From contig NIVC01001104.1 in the NCBI GenBank assembly GCA_002269645.1, positions 1 through 64,000 of the forward strand: a stretch of 64,000 nt of DNA. Reading direction: 5' to 3'. The notes beneath the pieces are model-generated. The model saw only the letters and a program-made list of their open reading frames with translations, was not told where the DNA came from and ran no database searches. The translations under genes were made by a program, and so were the position numbers. Positions 61,070-64,000 of this stretch are shown piece by piece. The DNA is from Macrostomum lignano. Taxonomy: Eukaryota. Every line of letters begins with the position of its first letter. The stretch's first letter is position 1.

Positions 61070-62041
61070 CCACCCCGTTCCCCGGTGTGCCATCCCATTC
61101 CCCTGTTCCCAGGTGTGCCTCTCCATTCCCCTGTTCCCAGGTGTGCCATCCCATTCCCCTGTTCCCAGGTGTGCCATTCCATTCCCCTGTTCCCAGGTGT
61201 GCCATCCCATTCCCCTGTTCCCAGGTGTGCCTCTCCATTCCCCTGTTCCCAGGTGTGCCATTCCATTCCCCTGTTCCCAGGTGTGCCATCCCATTCCCCT
61301 GTTCCCAGGTGTGCCTCTCCATTCCCCTGTTCCCAGGTGTGGCATCCCGTACCCCTGTTCCCAGGTGTGCCTCTCCATTCCCCTGTTCCCAGGTGTGCCT
61401 CTCCATTCCCCTGTTCCCAGGTGTGTCTCTCCATTCCCCTGTTCCCAGGTGTGCCATCCCATTCCCCTGTTCCCAGGTGTGCCATCCCATTCCCCTGTTC
61501 CCAGGTGTGCCTCTCCATTCCCCTGTTCCCAGGTGTGCCATCCCGTACCCCTGTTCCCAGGTGTGCCTCTCCATTCCCCTGTTCCCAGGTGTGCCTCTCC
61601 ATTCCCCTGTTCCCAGGTGTGTCTCTCCATTCCCCTGTTCCCAGGTGTGCCATCCCATTCCCCTGTTCCCAGGTGTGCCATCCCATTCCCCTGTTCCCAG
61701 GTGTGCCTCTCCATTCCCCTGTTCCCAGGTGTGCCATCCCATTCCCCTGTTCCCAGGTGTGCCATTCCATTCCCCTGTTCCCAGGTGTGCCTCTCCATTC
61801 CCCTGTTCCCAGGTGTACCTTCCTATTCGCCTGTTCCCAGGTGTGCCTCTTCATTCCACTGTTCCAAGGTGTGGCATCCCGTACCCCTGTTCCCAGGTGT
61901 GCCATTCCATTCCCCTGTTCCCAGGTGTGCCATTCCATTCCCCTGTTCCCAGGTGTGCCTCTCCATTCCCCTGTTCCCAGGTGTGCCATTCCATTCCCCT
62001 GTTCCCAGGTGTGCCATCCCATTCCCCTGTTCCCAGGTGTG
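61070..62041. repeat. 28-bp C-rich minisatellite, left part
   Basis: Unit CCATCCCATTCCCCTGTTCCCAGGTGTG and variants. Confidence 0.97.
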
Positions 62042-62983
62042 CAGTGGTCGTGGCGGTGGCGCGAATTCGCGCCGACGCGAAAATGGCGCGAATACGCGAA
62101 TTTTTCGAGGCTGGCGCGAAAAATTCGGATGGCTAATGGCGCGAAAATTTAGGGAAAAAATCCCATTTTTTCGCCATTGTTTTTTTTGTTTAGAACATTT
62201 AAACTCCAGGCACCCATTGGAATAGTTATGCTTCGTGTCGTGGTGTTCTGTACCTCCATAACTATTTTTACCTTCATAGTCGCATGTGAATGTCTGAATT
62301 TATTGTTACTGAATAGGTTTTAAAAATACATTTAATGCTAAAGATTTCCGTTCCATTGAACTTTGCATGGTTGTGATTTTAAACTTATTTCCTGCCCACG
62401 AATTACTGTACATGCATGAGACAACGCAGCACTGGCTAGACTCTGGAGCTTCTTTTGTATTAGCTAGTAAACTAGCATAGAAGCCCATTAGCCTGTAAGA
62501 CCACCCAAGAATAGAAGCTGTAGTTTAAAAAAAATAGCTTTTTGTTTTGAATGTTTGCGCCTTGTAGGAGATGACGAAAGAAGGCGTGAGTTCCCTGGGG
62601 AATTACCGGTAGCGTAGCATTACAGTTCCATTTCCCCATGAAACTACCAGTAGCATTAAAATTAGCGTTATCAATAGCATTAGCATTATCACTTTAAGCA
62701 TTAGCTTTGGCATTCTAAGCATTAGCGTTAGCATTAGCATTAGCATTGTAGGAGCAAAACAAAATTCATTATTGCACTTTGACTATGACTTACACAGTTA
62801 CACTGTCTGTTTAATTTTACAATCAAAACAATATTTGTGTTGCAAACTTATCTGTACCGCAGTTAGCATAAATTCTTATAATCAAAGTTGGGTATTCTTA
62901 GCTGGCATATACATGTAGATACCTATGGCGCGAAAAAATTTGGGTGGCGCAAAAATTTAGAAGGAGACCCGCCACGACCACTG
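62042..62983. mobile_element. 942-bp non-autonomous hAT-type element inserted into the minisatellite
   Basis: Perfect 15-bp TIR CAGTGGTCGTGGCGG/CCGCCACGACCACTG and 8-bp TSD CAGGTGTG (62034-62041 and 62984-62991). Subterminal TGGCGCGAAAA repeats and an internal (TTAGCA)n run. Confidence 0.92.
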
Positions 62984-63297
62984 CAGGTGTGCCTCTCCAT
63001 TCCCCTGTTCCCAGGTGTGGCATCCCGTACCCCTGTTCCCAGGTGTGGCATCCCGTACCCCTGTTCCCAGGTGTGGCATCCCGTACCCCTGTTCTCGGGT
63101 GTGCCTCTCCATGGCCATTCCCTCTTCCCAGGTGTGCCATCCCATCTCCCTTTTCCCAGGTGTGGCACCCATTCCCCTGTTTCCAGGTGTGCCGCCCTGT
63201 TCCCAGGTGTGGCATCCCATCCCATTTCCCTATTCCCAGGCGTGGCATCCTATACAACTGTTCCCAGTTGTGGCATCCCATATCCCTGTTCCCAGGT
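62984..63297. repeat. 28-bp C-rich minisatellite, right part (more degenerate)
   Basis: Same unit resumes after the TSD. Confidence 0.93.
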
Positions 63298-64000
63298 GGT
63301 TAATTCTAAAGCTGTTTACATGTAGCTTTTTATAAATAAAAATGCACTTCCGCTGTGATTTCGCAACTTAGTAATAATGCAATCATCAAATTATCCATCG
63401 CCCAAATCCCAAAACAACTGCTTCATCATTATCTAATTTTATCCCATTCGCTCAGCTGTGTTCAGTCCTACTACAATCTGTCCCGTGACAGGGTGAGCTC
63501 AATATATCTGTGTTAAGTCCGATGGCGCCAAACCAGATGAGCAGGCAGATGAGCACGTAACCTGGCCTCACTGCACCCAGCCATCATCAATCAACATCTG
63601 AGCTGTGCCATACGGTAGAATTGATTTTTATAGGCTCATAGGCCGCGTTTTGCTAATCCTGGATCTGCTCCGTCCCCCCATCCCAAATCCCCAGCTTCTC
63701 TCGCCAGCTTTAACTTGTGTCCGTAGCAAGCAGCCAATCTCTGTCTCCCCGCGGGCTGCAGTCTGAAGTCTCCACCTTACCTCTGTCTGTTACACTGCCA
63801 CAAAAAATTGGGATAGGAAAGCAGGGAAGACTGCACTCGCTTGTATCGCTGCTATAAGAGAGGAGAGCTGGCTCAGAGCTATCTGTTAGTTCGCTGAAAA
63901 TACACTTTGCAAAAAATGAGCTCAACTCCACTTCTGCTTTGTGCGGCAATTTTGCTGGCACAAATTCTACTGTGTGGTGAGAGATTGGGCTGTTGCTAAT

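Noticed and set aside
3720-63297. Tandem arrays as CRISPR or CRISPR-like loci
   Set aside because: Units are contiguous with no unique spacers, there are no cas genes, and the context is spliced eukaryotic genes.
63710-63961. 83-aa minus-strand ORF with an internal GTAAG donor
   Set aside because: Could be an exon of a gene outside the window, but there is no protein similarity or partner exon to support it.
1-64000. SL RNA, snRNA, rRNA, telomeric repeats or hammerhead ribozymes
   Set aside because: Looked for by eye (leader plus Sm site, CTGATGA...GAAA cores, TTAGGG runs) and none were found. An Infernal/Rfam scan would be decisive.

Overview
Eukaryotic, invertebrate-animal genomic DNA, not prokaryotic; no CRISPR, rRNA or intact tRNA is visible. 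GC-rich exons with poly-Q/S/A runs, minisatellite-filled introns and many small DNA transposons suggest a free-living flatworm such as Macrostomum (inference only). Seven protein-coding genes were reconstructed by hand from splice signals and reading-frame phase. They are an intronless orphan ORF (7987-8712 +), PNUTS/PPP1R10 (-), a crooked/quiver-type GPI-anchored Ly6 protein (-, 10.9-kb first intron), CCDC137-like (+), KLHDC8-like kelch propeller (+, 5 exons), and two antisense genes nested in the 9.8-kb KLHDC8 intron 2: an ENPP-family ectoenzyme and an apparently unfamiliar neuropeptide precursor ending KK-WYEW-GK. The rest comprises about 18 distinct tandem arrays, four mariner relics, two CORE-type tRNA-derived SINEs, and several non-autonomous TIR elements with intact target-site duplications (hAT, PIF/Harbinger, MULE, one unclassified). 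Sharply bounded CpG-depleted blocks are also present. Most long ORFs in the supplied track are artefacts of stop-free tandem repeats. All counts and alignments were made by eye.
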